NCBI GenBank assembly: GCA_029855935.1
Contig: JAGSHN010000032.1
Span: 40,756 to 104,755 of the forward strand
Origin: Candidatus Thorarchaeota archaeon
Lineage (GTDB): Archaea; Asgardarchaeota; Thorarchaeia; Thorarchaeales; Thorarchaeaceae
Direction: 5' to 3'
Length of the DNA: 64,000 bases
Every line of letters starts with the position of its first letter. Positions within the stretch are counted from its first letter, which is position 1. The position numbers and the translations under genes are program-made. The notes below the pieces were generated by a model. The model was not told the origin of the DNA. It did not search any database and worked only from the letters and a program-made list of their open reading frames with translations. Of the stretch, positions 62,401 to 64,000 are shown in pieces.

Positions 62401-64000
62401 TGAATGAACATTCCAGCTTGTGTGAGTCGGGAGATCACCCCACACCATAGTGGGCAGGGTGTCAACAACATCTGAGAGAGCAGGAACGTTGTAGGAGGTG
62501 TCACCGATGAGGTCACCATCGTTGTCCACGCCAGCATAGTCCCAGTAGACGTTGCCGTACGTACCATTATTGAACGCATTACCCGTGCCGGATTCGGTGA
62601 TGTGCCTGTAATTATTCCAAAACAGGTTCATGTAGACCACATTATTGTCACCCTCAACATCGAGTGCAACACTGGATGCAGAAGTGATTCCCTGGAAGAC
62701 GTTAAATCGAATTGTGTTGTGAGCGCTAGAGCCATCGATGAAAAGACCTACATCATTGGTCCCTGTGAAATTCGAATGCTCGATCGTACAATACGTGCTC
62801 CCACCAAGGAAGATTCCTGTATCCACATTGTCAAAGGACATGTCGGAGATCGTCGTGCCATTGACACTGTTGAGATAGAGTCCAGTTGTGCAGTCGGTCG
62901 CTGTCAATCCATCGACGTCCACTGCAACATTGTCAATATACAATCCTACGTCAGCATTGCTTACAGTAACATTTCTGATTGTGACGGGCGAGATTGTGAT
63001 GGTCAGTCCTGAACGGGCTGCACCCCAACCGCACCAGCTCACAGTGCTATCTGTAAACACAAAGTGAGCGCCTGAATAGAAGATGATGTCGTACGAGTTG
63101 GTATGATCTGAGCTATCTATGAGCGCACCCTTTGTGATGTGGAAGGCTCCTCCGTTCTGCACAGACAGTGTCTGCAACGACGATGAACCGAAGATGAGAT
63201 GAGTTCCGATCAGTGTCAAGTTCCCGGTCCCAAGAATATTCACATTGCCTGTGATCGTCTTGGTCACACGCAGTAGTATTGTCTGGCTATCGATGGTCCA
63301 ATCGCCAGAGTCCGGTGGTAAGTTACCCATGCCCATTATTGGATAGTGGTCAACACCAGCCAGAGAATAGCCGTAGAGATTCCATGGAGTAGCACCAATC
63401 CATGGTGTGGCGCCTTCAACACCAGTATAGTCATCATAGAAGTTGCCATAGGTACCATTGTCAAATTGGTTGCCGCCTCCCGAGCCGAGCCAGACATTAC
63501 CAAGAGCATTCGAGTAGAACCAGTTGAGATATGCTATACAGTTCTGGGGTCGGAAAAGATTGAAGCCCCATCCGCCATTGTCGTGTACCGTGTTATTGTA
63601 CAGGGTCGCATGGTTCATTGTGTTGTGGATCTCGATTCCATCGCCGCCTGAATTGTACACAACGTTGTCGGTCAAGAGGAACCCATTTGCACTGGCCATG
63701 AATACATACATTCCGTCATCTCCGCTATCATGGACCACATTCCTCTGGACTGCCGCGTTATCAGGCGCGTTCATCGAGAGGCCTCTCAATGTGACATTGT
63801 AGATCACATTATCGGACACATTGATTGCCTGTGCGGGCGATTCAATGCTAATACCGTCGCTTCCACAGGCGTAGACAGTATTATTCGTCAGAATCAGGTT
63901 ATGACCGACCTCAAAACGAATCCCATAGCCACTAATGTCATGAATGATATTTCCCGACAAAGTGATATTGTTCGGCAAGCGGGATGAGTCTACGTAGCCA
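59422..64000 (-). CDS. Giant cell-surface protein with NosD/right-handed beta-helix modules, Ig-like domains, poly-Thr linker and TM anchor (5' end outside window)
   Basis: Parallel beta-helix repeats; three GN.(Y/W).DY.G.D...IG.TP-like motifs; frame open to the window edge. Confidence 0.88.
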   Translation of the reverse strand, partial: GYVDSSRLPNNITLSGNIIHDISGYGIRFEVGHNLILTNNTVYACGSDGISIESPAQAINVSDNVIYNVTLRGLSMNAPDNAAVQRNVVHDSGDDGMYVFMASANGFLLTDNVVYNSGGDGIEIHNTMNHATLYNNTVHDNGGWGFNLFRPQNCIAYLNWFYSNALGNVWLGSGGGNQFDNGTYGNFYDDYTGVEGATPWIGATPWNLYGYSLAGVDHYPIMGMGNLPPDSGDWTIDSQTILLRVTKTITGNVNILGTGNLTLIGTHLIFGSSSLQTLSVQNGGAFHITKGALIDSSDHTNSYDIIFYSGAHFVFTDSTVSWCGWGAARSGLTITISPVTIRNVTVSNADVGLYIDNVAVDVDGLTATDCTTGLYLNSVNGTTISDMSFDNVDTGIFLGGSTYCTIEHSNFTGTNDVGLFIDGSSAHNTIRFNVFQGITSASSVALDVEGDNNVVYMNLFWNNYRHITESGTGNAFNNGTYGNVYWDYAGVDNDGDLIGDTSYNVPALSDVVDTLPTMVWGDLPTHTSWNVHSLTFVFATNYTLSGDLTVYDGGYMRTMSATIWFNCSSDQEFGITIEDGGHVLFEDSTFRATNNTNRFTALANIGGYVEVAHSTFVGLYWFETKTNDTYVTDMIVQDSYVGLYLDGSSSQRLMGITVNGITATSIEKYVLYARYCVDLTITGIHAQHITIDAVVGIQECGDVTLADSVVSDASCVLTERWPLHGATLIVHNVNATDVGTGFSMIDLLTNVTIYDCNIQMNSAGTMVFIQDAAWFHVFDCYGFNGSIGVFVYDTTGLIENSDLLNFTDGIRFRYDEAGHSVTVKSVTFYGCSHGVSMPQVYDSSVVIEVYDSTFSYCQFAVYRVQSHNFLFGRNTISDADYGVSVSEYGQVRMNGHLFNNTYVRCVYAISLQQQAHDFVIENETIIDCPTSIYILSVDNVSISNTLIQGYDDFGIYIRESVNTTLTNVVLKNGKIAIEFYTTTRVTMSGCHIENSTEVINFYDGGVSSISDANHTIDTSNTFDGKPIYYLFNRDHETFAGLDTYSLYVMYCDHITITESTVGDRTDYIHLYSLSNSTFANSTVRVSLRLNDVSDTVFIGNTFNTTSTFHIFRGYISNVTLTLNSFLSPYSIYSDFYLNSTEYGNYWYDYTGIDANHDGIGDTPHEISYEYYDYLPLMVRPGGYDVEIVIIAPSDGSYVAGSVTVTVNMTVQTGVYYEGSMTVSTVITLNGTQIGSGTDGTITFTLDSTTFADGTYILKVLTTVNSVDEYTEEVTVIADNTGPVLILGNSDGDVTSSSYMNLQVNAQDTLSHVKWIALWVNGTLMTNATRDDTSTVLSYSLTFTGEGAYEVMYQAGDGAGNVATSATITIYQDVTDPELSQPGDVTYSAGSVGNTITWTAYDLNPRCYNVTIDDISLLNATWDGSTIVVNIDGLAVGDHSVHISVYDRAGHMNDDWVVVYVIESTTSTTTTTTTTTTTTSTTSTTSTVPPGGGDTMGLVILAIGGVAGVVVLVVVLKMKGILGSNK
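59542..59613 (-). repeat. Poly-Thr/Ser low-complexity (ACN) repeat
   Basis: STTSTTTTTTTTTTTTSTTSTTST. Confidence 0.85.

Noticed and set aside
1-64000. Many antisense or overlapping ORFs in the track; CRISPR arrays, tRNAs, IS elements
   Set aside because: Shadow ORFs are expected in GC-rich coding DNA. No regularly spaced repeats, T-loop/cloverleaf sequences or transposase motifs were seen by eye.

Overview
Gene-dense archaeal chromosomal segment, GC-rich by eye, most consistent with an Asgard archaeon, probably Thorarchaeota-like. That assignment is an inference from the tandem Rab-like GTPases, form IV RuBisCO-like protein, LipS2-type lipoate genes, NosD/beta-helix surface protein, Thr-linker/TM-tail proteins, TATA-like promoters and frequent GTG/TTG starts. 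Main contents: lipoate module (LipS2, split LplA N/C), VapBC-type toxin-antitoxin pair, full pstSCAB-phoU locus with a divergent AbrB-PhoU regulator, two Rab-like GTPases, GH116, an ATP-grasp protein, a purple acid phosphatase, a YyaL/SPATA20-like protein, a long coiled-coil-wHTH protein, an MvaI/BcnI-like R-M pair with both genes frameshifted, a ubiquitin-like-looking ORF, pfkA, corA, an atypical ParA/MinD-like ATPase paired with a membrane protein, two B-box membrane paralogs, AbiEi-like and class-III aminotransferase pseudogenes, FetAB, a cytoplasmic FG-GAP-like propeller, pcp, a peptide-binding protein, a saccharopine-dehydrogenase/FGGY/RLP neighbourhood, a Phr/HSR1-like regulator with a palindrome and a long structured leader, and a giant surface protein running off the right edge. 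No rRNA, tRNA, CRISPR array or transposase was recognised. All family calls come from motif recognition by eye; no searches were run.
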